Shown: positions 38,372-48,247, numbered from the stretch's first letter. The stretch is 63,127 nucleotides of DNA from Bacilli bacterium (GCA_023268805.1 JALRKT010000004.1:1-63127); one strand, 5' to 3'. Made by a program: numbers and translations. The notes: generated by a model from the letters alone, not told the origin.

Positions 38372-38907
38372 TGGCGCAATAATACTTTAAATAACGAATA
38401 GCCACTGAAATAAATAAGAACACCCCCGATGAAAAACATAATAATATCGGGGGTTTTATTTAAATTAAATAAGACAAGAATTGCCAATCCCCATGCTCCT
38501 AACCCCAGCATCCAATCGAGAATCGTTAAACGACGATGAAAATAACGGGCAATAAAGTAAAGACGATAAAAGCCATAACCGACTAAACCGAGTAAAGTTA
38601 ACCAGGCCACAAGTGCAGCTAGCGAACTTGCTGGAATAAAGATAAAGAGAATCGCCAGCAAAAGTAAAATTATTAATGGCGACACGAGCGCATTTGACAT
38701 CCGTTGAAACTGCGAAACATATCGATATAGCTTAAAGCCATAATAGGAAATAAGAATAAGTCCTAATAAGCCAATGACAGCCCCTAGAACAGAATAAACA
38801 AAACGTGGATTGATCATCGCAAGTAATCCTAATACAAGGGTCGATCCAAAAAAGAATAGTTGACTAAGCTCTTCAAGTTTCCATGGTTTTTGTTTCATCA
38901 TTCTCAT
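38359..38907 (-). CDS. Six-TM membrane protein (HdeD/DUF308-like?)
   Basis: 182 aa and very hydrophobic. Its end converges on and overlaps the folD end by 13 nt. Confidence 0.5.
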   Translation of the reverse strand: MRMMKQKPWKLEELSQLFFFGSTLVLGLLAMINPRFVYSVLGAVIGLLGLILISYYGFKLYRYVSQFQRMSNALVSPLIILLLLAILFIFIPASSLAALVAWLTLLGLVGYGFYRLYFIARYFHRRLTILDWMLGLGAWGLAILVLFNLNKTPDIIMFFIGGVLIYFSGYSLFKVLLRHQDD

Positions 38908-38968
38908 TGTAGCAAAACTTTCTATTCATCGAGAATTGTCCTATAATAAAAAACATTATTGGAGTAGA

Positions 38969-40204
38969 ATGATGAAACAAGAAATTTTACGTCGTTTTGC
39001 CGAACTTACGGTTCGTCGTGGGGTTAATGTCAAACAAGGTCAAGATGTGATTATTCATGCAGAACTCGATCAACCCGAATTTATTACGATGGTGGTCGAA
39101 GAAGCCTATAAAGCAGGTGCACGAAAAGTTCGTGTCAAATGGACTCACTTACCGATAAGTAAAGTGAATGCCTTAGCCATGGATGAAGCAGCGGCGAGTG
39201 AAATTGAAGCGTGGCAACATGCCGAATTACAACACAACGTCGATACGCTTCCTGCTCAAATTCATATTCGTTCGGTTGATCCCGATGGCATGAAGGGCAT
39301 TGATCAAGAAAAAATGACGCGTATTTCTAAAGCGACGACACCGATTATGTTGAAATACCGTGAACAAATGGATAATAAATTCCAATGGACGATCATTGGG
39401 GTTCCTTCCGTCAAATGGTCTGAAAAAGTCTTTCCCCATTTAAAAGGGGACGCCGCAGTGGAGGCAATGTGGGACGCCATCATTAAAGCGACCCGTGTCA
39501 CGGAAGACCCGTTAAAAGAATGGGATCGTCATAATACCACCTTACAAGCACGTTGCCGTCAACTGGATGCGCTCAACCTTGATTACTTACACTTTCAATC
39601 CCAAAACGGAACCGATTTTAAAATTTGGATGATTCCAGAAGCGAAATGGTTAGGGGGAGGCGAACACCTGATTGATGGTCATTTCTATAACCCTAATATG
39701 CCAACCGAAGAAGTTTTCATTACCCCCAAAGCAGGTAAAGCGGAAGGGAAAGTGGTCGCGAGCAAACCTTTATCGTACGCGGGCGAACTTATTGAAGATT
39801 TCTCAGTGACTTTTGCCGAGGGTAAAGTCGTGAAAGTCGAAGCAAAACGTAATCAAGCCTTACTGGAAAAAATGGTCGCCATGGATGAAGGTGCCTCCCG
39901 TATTGGTGAACTTGCTCTCGTTCCCTTTGACTCTCCGATTCAACAATCAGGATTACTTTTCTATAACACGTTATTTGATGAAAATGCCTCGTGCCATATT
40001 GCCTTAGGTCGAGCCTATGTCAATTCCATTAAAGGTTACGCGAACATGACGCGTGAACAATTAACGCAAATGGGATGTAATACATCCATGATCCATGTGG
40101 ACTTTATGATTGGATCCAAGGATTTATCGATTACCGGTGTCACACGAACAGGGGAAACGGTGACCATCTTCGAAAAGGGTAATTGGTCGCCATCCTTAAA
40201 ATAA
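38969..40204 (+). CDS. M29-family aminopeptidase (AmpS/PepS type)
   Basis: 'LAELTVRRGVNVKQGQ', 'EEVFITP' and 'FDENASCHIALG'. ATG 38969 follows GGAG. The ORF-track start at 38936 is rejected. Confidence 0.85.
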   Translation: MMKQEILRRFAELTVRRGVNVKQGQDVIIHAELDQPEFITMVVEEAYKAGARKVRVKWTHLPISKVNALAMDEAAASEIEAWQHAELQHNVDTLPAQIHIRSVDPDGMKGIDQEKMTRISKATTPIMLKYREQMDNKFQWTIIGVPSVKWSEKVFPHLKGDAAVEAMWDAIIKATRVTEDPLKEWDRHNTTLQARCRQLDALNLDYLHFQSQNGTDFKIWMIPEAKWLGGGEHLIDGHFYNPNMPTEEVFITPKAGKAEGKVVASKPLSYAGELIEDFSVTFAEGKVVKVEAKRNQALLEKMVAMDEGASRIGELALVPFDSPIQQSGLLFYNTLFDENASCHIALGRAYVNSIKGYANMTREQLTQMGCNTSMIHVDFMIGSKDLSITGVTRTGETVTIFEKGNWSPSLK

Positions 40205-40221
40205 ACAATAATATATGGATG

Positions 40222-40251
40222 AAAAAAACCCTTCGTGATGAAGGGTTTTTT
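40222..40251. terminator. Bidirectional terminator between the aminopeptidase gene and glnA
   Basis: A7-CCCTTC-GTGAT-GAAGGG-T6. Confidence 0.8.
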
Positions 40252-40271
40252 ATTGGCGAAGAATACGTTAC

Positions 40272-41606
40272 TTAAAGATGGAGATAACGATCGATTTCCC
40301 ATTGAGAAACGAAGGTGCGGTAGCTATCCCATTCTTTTTCTTTGGCGATGAGGTACTTATCAAAGGTGTGTTTGCCTAAGACATCGAGCATTAATGGATC
40401 TTTTTTCATTTCCTTTAAGGCATCTTTAAGGTTTTCTGGAAGGTTTTGAATGCCTTGCGCTTCGCGTTGTTCGCGGGTTAATTCAAAGATGTTGTCATAG
40501 ACGGGTGGTACGGTTTCCTTGGCGGTGGCAATGCCGTCTAATCCCGCGGATAAAATAAAGGCGAGGGCTAAATAGGGGTTGGCGGTTGGATCGACGTTAC
40601 GAAGTTCAGTGCGGGTGGAATTGCCACGCGCTGCAGGAATACGAATCATCGCTGAACGGTTTGCATCGGACCAGCACGCATAGCAAGGAGCTTCATAACC
40701 GGGAATGATACGTTTATAACTATTTACTGTTGGGTTGGTTAAGGCGGCAATAGAACGGGAATGATTTAAAATCCCCGTCATCCATGAACGAGCCACTTCG
40801 GATAATTGCTTATCGCCTTTAGGATCGAAGAAAGCATTTTCTCCTTTGGCATTCGTTAAGGACATGTTGGTATGCATCCCTGAACCATTAATACCGGCAA
40901 TCGGTTTAGGCATGAAACTCGCGTGAAGCCCATGTTTGTGGGCGATGACTTTAACTACAGTTTTGAAAAGTTGGAGATTATCACACGCTTTTAAGACATC
41001 TTGGAAACGGAAGTTAATTTCATGTTGACCAATCGCCACTTCGTGGTGCGATGCTTGCACGAGTAAACCGAGTTTGTCGAGTTCAATGGCAATGTCGCGA
41101 CGGGTGTAGTTATCGCCATCCATGGGGGCTAAATCAAAGTAACCTGCATCATCATTGGGTTCCACAACCGGTTTTCCATCTTTTAATTTGAACAAGAAAA
41201 ACTCGGGTTCAAAACCGACGTTAAGCGAACCAAAACCAGCGGCTTCCATTTTTTGAATGGCTTTTTTAAGAATAAAGCGAGGATCGCCTTCAAAAGGTTC
41301 ACCTTTGGGGGTATAAACATCACATACAAAACGGGCAACTTTTCCTAAGGCTAAATCTTCAAACGTTAAGATTTTCCATGAATCAAAGTCCGGATACAAG
41401 TACATATCCGCTTCTTTGATGCGGACGAATCCTTCAATGGAAGATCCATCAAACATGATCTTATTGTCTAAGGCATCTTCAAGCCGTGAAACAGGTAAAT
41501 CCACGGATTTAACCATCCCAAGCATGTCGGTAAACTGCATACGAATAAAACGAACATCTTCTTTTTTAGCAAAGGCTAAAATGTCTGCTTTGGACCATAC
41601 GGACAT
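40272..41606 (-). CDS. glnA: Glutamine synthetase type I
   Basis: 'FDGSSIEGF', 'GSGMHTNMS' and 'NRSAMIRIP'. 444 aa. Confidence 0.96.
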   Translation of the reverse strand: MSVWSKADILAFAKKEDVRFIRMQFTDMLGMVKSVDLPVSRLEDALDNKIMFDGSSIEGFVRIKEADMYLYPDFDSWKILTFEDLALGKVARFVCDVYTPKGEPFEGDPRFILKKAIQKMEAAGFGSLNVGFEPEFFLFKLKDGKPVVEPNDDAGYFDLAPMDGDNYTRRDIAIELDKLGLLVQASHHEVAIGQHEINFRFQDVLKACDNLQLFKTVVKVIAHKHGLHASFMPKPIAGINGSGMHTNMSLTNAKGENAFFDPKGDKQLSEVARSWMTGILNHSRSIAALTNPTVNSYKRIIPGYEAPCYACWSDANRSAMIRIPAARGNSTRTELRNVDPTANPYLALAFILSAGLDGIATAKETVPPVYDNIFELTREQREAQGIQNLPENLKDALKEMKKDPLMLDVLGKHTFDKYLIAKEKEWDSYRTFVSQWEIDRYLHL

Positions 41607-41636
41607 AAAGAGTCCCCCTTTTGAAATGTTAACTTC

Positions 41637-41664
41637 ATTATAAAATTAGGATTTTTATTGTCAA
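41637..41664 (-). promoter_or_regulatory. Near-consensus sigma-A promoter for glnA
   Basis: On the minus strand: TTGACA (41664-41659), 16-nt spacer, TATAAT (41642-41637). A GGGGG SD lies before the ATG. Confidence 0.6.
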
Positions 41665-41674
41665 TAAGAACGTT

Positions 41675-42913
41675 TTACGATTCATCGTCATGATCGTTAT
41701 CATCGTCGTCATCGTCATCATCATCGTCATGATTGTGATCATGTTCGTCTCTCTTGTCGCGCCATTCATCGGTTTCTTGGTCATTTTCATCGAGTTCATA
41801 GGCTAAATATTCATAACCAATCACTTGAAGGTTTTCGTCAAGAATTTCGACGACCAAGACTTTGATTTTCCCTTTGACTTGTCCATTTTCAGTGGCTAAG
41901 GTAAAAGAGATTTTTAAGATATTTTCGCCGTCTTCCGTTTCGTATTCAAATTTGAAACGATCTTGAACGCGATTTTCATCATTTTCTTCCAGGAAAAGAA
42001 GTTCAATTTCAGTTTCATCTTGATCGATTTCCAATTTGAAAATCGAGACATTCAAGACATTATCGACCATTTTGCGAATACGAATTTTTGTTTCGTCCTC
42101 TTCGTATTTATAAATGGATTCGATGTAATTACTGGCGTCCGCTTCCGCTTTAAAGGAGAGAATAATTTCATCGTCTTCGATGACTTTAGAACCACTGACA
42201 AGAAGCGGTTCACCTTGATTAATCGTTAATTCGCCTTGAAGGGTATAAAAAGTTTCTTCATTCACCGTTTCAACATTATCGAGATTGTAATAAAGCGCAT
42301 AATCAATTGGATTCCCTTGAATATCGAAGACAGAGAAGCGATCGACATAAGCGAACGGTTGATCGATTAAGACTTCGGTCGTGACAATGGGGGCATCTGC
42401 TCGCCCAAGTAATTGTTCAAATAATCCTAAATAAGGACGAATTAAAGTCATCGTTTCGTCGAAGTCATAAGAAGGTCGTGTGGGTTTCGTTAATCGGATC
42501 CCAGCAAGCTGTGCGGCATTCACATTGGTTAAATTCGTAAACAAAGAGGCCGTGGTTATCGTTGAAACGGAAAGCGCCGCTTTATCGCCTTCAAGGCGAA
42601 GCGGAGGTAGCGTAACTTCTGAACTGGTTACGATGGAAGGATTTTCGGATGTAATAGAGGTTGTAGTCGTGGAATTCGAATCGGTAATCGATGGCGTTGA
42701 AGAGGTGATGGCAATCGGGGTCGAGGTTCCAATTAAAATCCCCACGACAAAGAAACCAAGAACGAGGGTTGCAGTTGGGAAAAAACGCCAGATTGAGAAC
42801 GTTTTCCTGGGTGTAGGAGCTCCAAACCGTTCAATCATAAATGAAGAAAGATCAGGTTCAATTCGGGTTGCTTCGTGTTTGAGTTTTTTAAGAAGGTCTT
42901 TATTGTTCATCAC
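41675..42913 (-). CDS. Membrane-anchored putative anti-sigma factor with a Ser/Thr-rich linker, an acidic extracytoplasmic domain and an Asp/His tail
   Basis: Short cytoplasmic N-terminus, one TM helix ('FFPTATLVLGFFVVGILIG'), and a 14-nt overlap with the upstream ECF sigma gene. The C-terminus is 'HDHNHDDDDDDDDDDNDHDDES'. Confidence 0.6.
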   Translation of the reverse strand: MMNNKDLLKKLKHEATRIEPDLSSFMIERFGAPTPRKTFSIWRFFPTATLVLGFFVVGILIGTSTPIAITSSTPSITDSNSTTTTSITSENPSIVTSSEVTLPPLRLEGDKAALSVSTITTASLFTNLTNVNAAQLAGIRLTKPTRPSYDFDETMTLIRPYLGLFEQLLGRADAPIVTTEVLIDQPFAYVDRFSVFDIQGNPIDYALYYNLDNVETVNEETFYTLQGELTINQGEPLLVSGSKVIEDDEIILSFKAEADASNYIESIYKYEEDETKIRIRKMVDNVLNVSIFKLEIDQDETEIELLFLEENDENRVQDRFKFEYETEDGENILKISFTLATENGQVKGKIKVLVVEILDENLQVIGYEYLAYELDENDQETDEWRDKRDEHDHNHDDDDDDDDDDNDHDDES

Positions 42914-43427
42914 GGAACGCCTCCCTCAATGTTTTCATCGCCTTATTGTATTTCCATGTTACGGTACCAAGCGGTAAGGATAACATATCTGCAATCTCGC
43001 GATGTTTATAGTCACCAATCGCATACAAGAAAACAATGTGAGCTTCATCCTCAGGAAGAAGCGCTTTGGCTTTTTGAATAATGGGAGAATCAAATTCATA
43101 CGTATCGTGTCCGCCATCAAGGACATCATTCATTTCTTGGGTGTCAAAAGAATCTTCACGTTGACGAACGTTAATAAGATTTAACGCGGTATTTTTTGCA
43201 ATCGTAAGCATCCAATTGAGCCCATTGGTTTTGGGTTGAAATTGATGAATGTTTTGAAAGATTTTCATGTACGTATCTTGCATGATATCTTCGGCAAGAT
43301 GAATGTCACGGAGATAGGGCAAAATAAAACTAAAAACACCTCGCTTCGTTTGCAAGTATAACTCATTCATCGCTTCGACTTCCCCTTGTTGAATACGAAC
43401 TAATAATGCGTGGATGGAAGCATTCAT
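42900..43427 (-). CDS. ECF-type sigma-70 family RNA polymerase sigma factor
   Basis: 175 aa. Region 2 'AEDIMQDTYMKIF' and region 4 'YKHREIADMLSLPLGTVTWKYNKAM'. Confidence 0.82.
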   Translation of the reverse strand: MNASIHALLVRIQQGEVEAMNELYLQTKRGVFSFILPYLRDIHLAEDIMQDTYMKIFQNIHQFQPKTNGLNWMLTIAKNTALNLINVRQREDSFDTQEMNDVLDGGHDTYEFDSPIIQKAKALLPEDEAHIVFLYAIGDYKHREIADMLSLPLGTVTWKYNKAMKTLREAFRDEQ

Positions 43428-43550
43428 TCTTCATTACTTTACACCAAAAAAAAGCAGGATGCGAATGAAGTTCAGTAATTTTTTTAGCTACGGAGATGGG
43501 ATTCATTACCCATTAAACAACTTAATAAGGAATTTTATTGGTAATTTTAT

Positions 43551-43859
43551 TTAAACGATTTCTACCATGAGCAGCGTAGAAAAAGGAAAATTTCCGTGCT
43601 TGGTTTTTACTGTTTTTTCATCGAGATTTAAGCGGATGACATGTGTGTTGATTTTTTTGCGTTCCCCATCTTCAAAGTATTCAATAACCACGTTTTTACC
43701 AACACTTTCAAGAAGATTACGATTTATAGCTTCTGCGGCTTCCTGCGACAAGTGTGGTTTTGTTGAACGTACGCGTTGTTGCTTCATGCGTTGCATGGTT
43801 CCCTTTTGCTCAATGAGGGAAGCGTAAGGGGCCCATTTTTTCATCCCTCGATCCTTCAT
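43551..43859 (-). CDS. YolD-like protein
   Basis: 'RGMKKWAPYASL' N-terminus. 102 aa. Overlaps the upstream Y-family polymerase gene by 4 nt. Confidence 0.75.
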   Translation of the reverse strand: MKDRGMKKWAPYASLIEQKGTMQRMKQQRVRSTKPHLSQEAAEAINRNLLESVGKNVVIEYFEDGERKKINTHVIRLNLDEKTVKTKHGNFPFSTLLMVEIV

Positions 43860-45121
43860 TTACGATGACCTCCAATTAAGGTGTGACGTTCCACCGTTGT
43901 GGAAGCTTCAAGGAGAGCAGACGTACGCAAGACCGCGTTGTGTCCAAAACGATGCTTGATACTGGCAATCGTTTGTTGAAGTTTTCTCTTCTTTTCTGCA
44001 AGAAAGGGATCCACAAATAAATCGAGTTGTTCGTTTTTTAAGGGAACAAGTTTGCGAAAGGCAAAGGTCACGTTGCGAATCGGTTTATCCTCCACGTATT
44101 TGTGAAAAAGCACCATGAGCGCCCGATATAAAACATCTTCATCATCGGTAGCCCGTATCAAACTCATTTGGTGAGAAAATCCTCCCAACGTTTTGGAATA
44201 ACCAATCGAAAGGTGAACAAGACTGGATAATTGGTTTTCAAGCCGTAATCGTAAACATAAATCATCACACATTTCCCGAATGACCACAGGAATTTCACTC
44301 GGGTTATAATCGCGATATAACACTTGTCCCATACTAATACCAGGCGATTCGGGTACATATTTTTCTCGAATATTCGATTCATCGATACCATTGGCGTGAC
44401 GGTGGAGTTGTTCACCCATGATCCCAAACTGGGCATGCAGTCGGTGCAAGGGGTAATGTGCAAGATCACCAATCGTGAAAATGCCGAGTTGTTGGAGGCG
44501 AATTTCCATGCGTTTGGCGACACCCCACATCTCACCAATCGGGAGAGGCCACAGTTTTTCCTGAAGTTGGTGTTGATACCAACTTGCAATCCCATTAGGG
44601 GATTTTTTGGATTCATTATCCAAGGCACTTTTCGCTAAAAATGGATTGTCCCCAATGCCGACGGTGGAGATTAACTTCATTCGTTGATATAACGTATTTT
44701 TGATTTTAAGCATTAAGGCTTCCGCATCCATGTTGTAGTAAGCAAGATACGGTCCTAAGTTGAGAAAGGCTTCATCAATGCTATACACATGTAAATCGTC
44801 TTCCCCCACAAAATCAAGTAACGTTTGCATGACTTGGGCCGAACGTTGTAAATACAAACTCATGCGGGGTGTCGCAAAAATAATATCGTTGCGTTTCGGT
44901 AATTCAAAAACACGGAGACGAGAAGGAACACCGAGTTGACGTAAAAACGGAGAAACGGCTAAAACAATCGTGCCAGTCCCGCGGGTTTTATCCGCGACAA
45001 CAAGAGGGGTTTTATACGGATCTAATCCACGTTCAACACATTCTACGACCGCATAAAAGCTTTTTAAATCGAGAACGGAAATGACATTAGGATACGTTGG
45101 CGAAGGTTTTGCTTTTAACAT
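43856..45121 (-). CDS. Y-family (UmuC/YqjW/UvrX-like) translesion DNA polymerase
   Basis: 'VLDLKSFYAVVECV', 'SIDEAFL' and HhH 'IGEMWGVAKRM'. Confidence 0.88.
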   Translation of the reverse strand: MLKAKPSPTYPNVISVLDLKSFYAVVECVERGLDPYKTPLVVADKTRGTGTIVLAVSPFLRQLGVPSRLRVFELPKRNDIIFATPRMSLYLQRSAQVMQTLLDFVGEDDLHVYSIDEAFLNLGPYLAYYNMDAEALMLKIKNTLYQRMKLISTVGIGDNPFLAKSALDNESKKSPNGIASWYQHQLQEKLWPLPIGEMWGVAKRMEIRLQQLGIFTIGDLAHYPLHRLHAQFGIMGEQLHRHANGIDESNIREKYVPESPGISMGQVLYRDYNPSEIPVVIREMCDDLCLRLRLENQLSSLVHLSIGYSKTLGGFSHQMSLIRATDDEDVLYRALMVLFHKYVEDKPIRNVTFAFRKLVPLKNEQLDLFVDPFLAEKKRKLQQTIASIKHRFGHNAVLRTSALLEASTTVERHTLIGGHRK

Positions 45122-45200
45122 AGGTGGACTTTTATTGTAGGAAATTTTTTGGTAAAGATAAACGAAAGTTTTCTATGAAAACATTTCTTCATTTCCGATA

Positions 45201-45227
45201 AAAAAAGACCTCTAAAGAGGTCCTTTT
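45201..45227. terminator. Bidirectional terminator downstream of the permease gene
   Basis: A6-GACCTC-TAAA-GAGGTC-CT5. Confidence 0.75.
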
Positions 45228-45250
45228 TATTCCCCCGTCACGGTTAATAA

Positions 45251-46705
45251 TTAACGTTTCTTCGCGACGTTTTTGGTTTTTGGGGTGGTTGCTTTTTTCA
45301 CGGGTTTTGCCGTCGGTGTTACCGGGGCAACATCCGCGACAGCAAGGTGTTTTTTATCCATAAAAACATCGTAAACACCATTCCCAATGAGTAAGACAAA
45401 TAATCCTAAGATCGTCGGTTCGAAACTATTGATTAATGTCACCACAAGTAAGATGACCATGCCAGCGATCGCCAATGCAGGAACATAGGGGTATCCCCAG
45501 ACGCGATACGTACGTTTGGCTTCTTTCATCGTCTTACGGAAGCGGAAGATGGAGAAGAAGATAAGTGTGTTAAAGATTAGCCCACCAAACAAGATGAGTG
45601 TGAGTAAGTAGTTGACGTTGTCATAACCGAGTAAAACGATGATGATGGAGACAATTGTTTGACCTAAAATGGCGACCCATGGGGTGCCGAATTTACGATC
45701 CACTTGGCCAAACACAGACGGCATCGTTTCATCTTGCGCCATCGCATAGTACACACGTGGGAATGAAAGAATTGAACCGTTGAGCGCTCCGAAAATGGAG
45801 ATGACAATCGCACCAAAGACAATCAAGCTTAGAGCATCCGCGAAATTGGCAAAGATGGTTCCGAACGCTCCAAAGATAGCAGTGACATCAAAACCAGCAC
45901 TAAGTGCACCTTCTGCGGCAGCCGTTAACGTAGAGAGATCAAGAATTCGGTATAAACCAACCACAAATAAGACATAGACACCCATCACGAGTAAGACAGC
46001 GATGGATAATGCTTTTGGTAAATCTCGTTGGGCATCTTTCATTTCTTCGACCACGTTGTTTAAGTTGGTCCAACCTTCATAGGCGAACAAGGTACGGGCA
46101 ACGGCAAAGAGTAATCCGGAAATGAGTAAACCGAACTCCACATTTTCTGCGCCGTTGGACGCAAAAATATCCGTTTGAGTTCCGAAAAATAAACCATAGA
46201 AAATGACAATTAATAGCGGAATGAGTTTCGCCACAAAAAAGACGTTTTGAACGACTTTTCCATAACGTAATCCTAAATAATTAACCAAGGATAAGATAAG
46301 AATGACACCGATGGCAATCGCGGCAGTTGTCACGCTATCAAAAGGTGCATTCAGCATGTAACCAAACGCTTGGGCAAAAAGCAGAGCCAATAAGGCGACA
46401 GAACCACTGCTTGATAAGAAGAAGTTCGTGATACCTGATAAGAAAGCGAGGCGAGGACCGTATGCTTTCTTTAAATAAACATAATAACCGCCGGTCTTCG
46501 GAAATAACGTGCCTAATTCAGCATACGTTAAAGCAGAGAATAACGTTAAAATCCCCCCGACGATCCAGGCAACCAGAGAAAGACTAAGACTATTGGATGC
46601 TAATCCAAGCACGAGCATGGAAAAGAAATAGATACCCGATCCAATCATAATCCCTGCTAAAATCGCAATACTAGAGAACAATCCGAGTTCGCGTTTAAGT
46701 TTCAT
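45251..46705 (-). CDS. APC-superfamily amino acid permease with a basic C-terminal tail
   Basis: Twelve TM helices, 'GSGIYF', 'AELGTLFPKTGGYYVY'. Confidence 0.85.
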   Translation of the reverse strand: MKLKRELGLFSSIAILAGIMIGSGIYFFSMLVLGLASNSLSLSLVAWIVGGILTLFSALTYAELGTLFPKTGGYYVYLKKAYGPRLAFLSGITNFFLSSSGSVALLALLFAQAFGYMLNAPFDSVTTAAIAIGVILILSLVNYLGLRYGKVVQNVFFVAKLIPLLIVIFYGLFFGTQTDIFASNGAENVEFGLLISGLLFAVARTLFAYEGWTNLNNVVEEMKDAQRDLPKALSIAVLLVMGVYVLFVVGLYRILDLSTLTAAAEGALSAGFDVTAIFGAFGTIFANFADALSLIVFGAIVISIFGALNGSILSFPRVYYAMAQDETMPSVFGQVDRKFGTPWVAILGQTIVSIIIVLLGYDNVNYLLTLILFGGLIFNTLIFFSIFRFRKTMKEAKRTYRVWGYPYVPALAIAGMVILLVVTLINSFEPTILGLFVLLIGNGVYDVFMDKKHLAVADVAPVTPTAKPVKKATTPKTKNVAKKR

Positions 46706-46783
46706 ATGAAACCTCCTAAAAAATCTAAAGATAAAGTATCAAAAAGATTGCTAGGATGCAAAGAATAAGTTTCCGTGAAAACA

Positions 46784-48247
46784 TTATTTTTGTTCGACTT
46801 TTTGGAGTGCTTTGAAGTGTAAAGTGGGGAAACGTGCGGCAAAGACTTCATCTAATCGGCCCACAGGCGTGGAATGTGGCGCAGTTTTCACGATGTCAGG
46901 TTGAGTCTTTGCTTCGTGGGCAATTTGTTTGAAAATGGCAATAAATTGATCCAGTGTTTCTTTGGATTCCACTTCGGTCGGTTCAATCATAATGGATTGT
47001 TCAACTAGGAGAGGGAAATAAATCGTCGGTGCGTGAATACCAAAATCAAGGGTACGTTTGGCAATGTCTAAGGTTTTTACCCCGGTTGATTGGTCCAGGA
47101 GCCCACTGAATACAAATTCATGCATACATGGTTTTTGAATGACTAACTTATAGTCATTTTTTAACGATTCTTTAATGTAGTTGGCGTTTAAAACGGCATT
47201 GGGTCCGACATTCATGAGGTCATGGGCGACGGTGCGAATGTAGGAATAAGCGCGAATCATCACCAGGAAGTTCCCATAAAATCCACCGACTTGACCACAT
47301 GCATGTTCAGGGTAGGATAACGTGTAGTCCTCACCGACTTTCGTCACCACCGGACTAGGTAGATAATCCACAAGATGGGCGGCAACACTAACGGGACCAG
47401 AACCCGGACCTCCTCCACCATGCGGTGTGGAAAAGGTTTTGTGTAAATTCATGTGCATAATATCAAAACCCATATCGCCGGGTCGGGCGATACCGAGTAA
47501 GGGATTTAAATTGGCACCATCGTAATAGAGTAAGCCTCCCACATCGTGAACGGCTTTGGAGATTTTTAAGATATCTTTTTCGAATAAACCCATCGTGTTC
47601 GGGTTCGTTAACATGATACCGGCGATGGTGTCATCCAGGAAAGGTAATAACGTATCAATATCCACTAAGCCATCTTTGGAAGGTAAGGTTATCGTTTCAT
47701 ATCCAAGCATCATGGCACTGGCAGGGTTGGTTCCATGTGCAGAATCAGGAATAATGACTTTAGTACGGCGGTAGTCACCGCGTAATTCGTGATAATGTTT
47801 CATGACCATCAGACCAATGAGTTCCCCGTGGGCACCAGCAAACGTGTTGAGGGTGGTCCCTTTCATCCCGGTGATTTCGTTAAGCATCGTCGCTGTTTCG
47901 TTATAAAGCTTAAGAAGAGGTTGCACCGTGGATAGTGGTTGTAAGGGATGAATGAGGCGGAACCCATCTAAAGAGGCCATTTCATCATTGATTTTAGGAT
48001 TATACTTCATCGTACAGGAACCCAGAGGATAAAACCCTGATTCAATGCCAATATTCTTTTGGGAAACTTTCGTATAATGACGAACAACCTCAAGTTCAGA
48101 AACTTCAGGAAGATCAGCAGGTGTGTCACGGAATAAGGAGGCATCTAACGTGGTGGATACATCTCCGTCTTGGAACCCTTGTTGGGTTAATTCAAACCCA
48201 ATCCGTCCGGGTGAAGAAAGTTCAAAAATAAGGCGATTATAAGCCAT
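46784..48247 (-). CDS. gcvPB: Glycine dehydrogenase (decarboxylating) subunit 2
   Basis: The PLP-lysine region 'NLHKTFSTPHGGGGPG'. ATG 48247 is preceded by AAGGAGG. Confidence 0.93.
   Translation of the reverse strand: MAYNRLIFELSSPGRIGFELTQQGFQDGDVSTTLDASLFRDTPADLPEVSELEVVRHYTKVSQKNIGIESGFYPLGSCTMKYNPKINDEMASLDGFRLIHPLQPLSTVQPLLKLYNETATMLNEITGMKGTTLNTFAGAHGELIGLMVMKHYHELRGDYRRTKVIIPDSAHGTNPASAMMLGYETITLPSKDGLVDIDTLLPFLDDTIAGIMLTNPNTMGLFEKDILKISKAVHDVGGLLYYDGANLNPLLGIARPGDMGFDIMHMNLHKTFSTPHGGGGPGSGPVSVAAHLVDYLPSPVVTKVGEDYTLSYPEHACGQVGGFYGNFLVMIRAYSYIRTVAHDLMNVGPNAVLNANYIKESLKNDYKLVIQKPCMHEFVFSGLLDQSTGVKTLDIAKRTLDFGIHAPTIYFPLLVEQSIMIEPTEVESKETLDQFIAIFKQIAHEAKTQPDIVKTAPHSTPVGRLDEVFAARFPTLHFKALQKVEQK

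Noticed and set aside
40272-41606. A functional link between the heliorhodopsin and glutamine synthetase, an interaction reported for one actinobacterial heliorhodopsin whose gene neighbours GS.
   Set aside because: Here glnA lies about 34 kb away, on the opposite strand and in an unrelated transcription unit. There is no positional evidence for a link.
41699-41728. The GAT/GAC repeat tract, considered as a tandem-repeat or phase-variation locus.
   Set aside because: It is the coding sequence for the poly-Asp tail, with mixed GAT/GAC codons rather than a pure repeat unit. It is noted under the anti-sigma finding instead.
43428-43550. Inverted repeat CTTCATT (43429-43435) / AATGAAG (43464-43470) and a GAAC motif upstream of the ECF sigma gene, considered as a possible autoregulated ECF promoter.
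   Set aside because: No matching CGT-type -10 element lies at the right spacing, and the 7-bp repeat with a 28-nt loop is weak. There is not enough evidence to call it.
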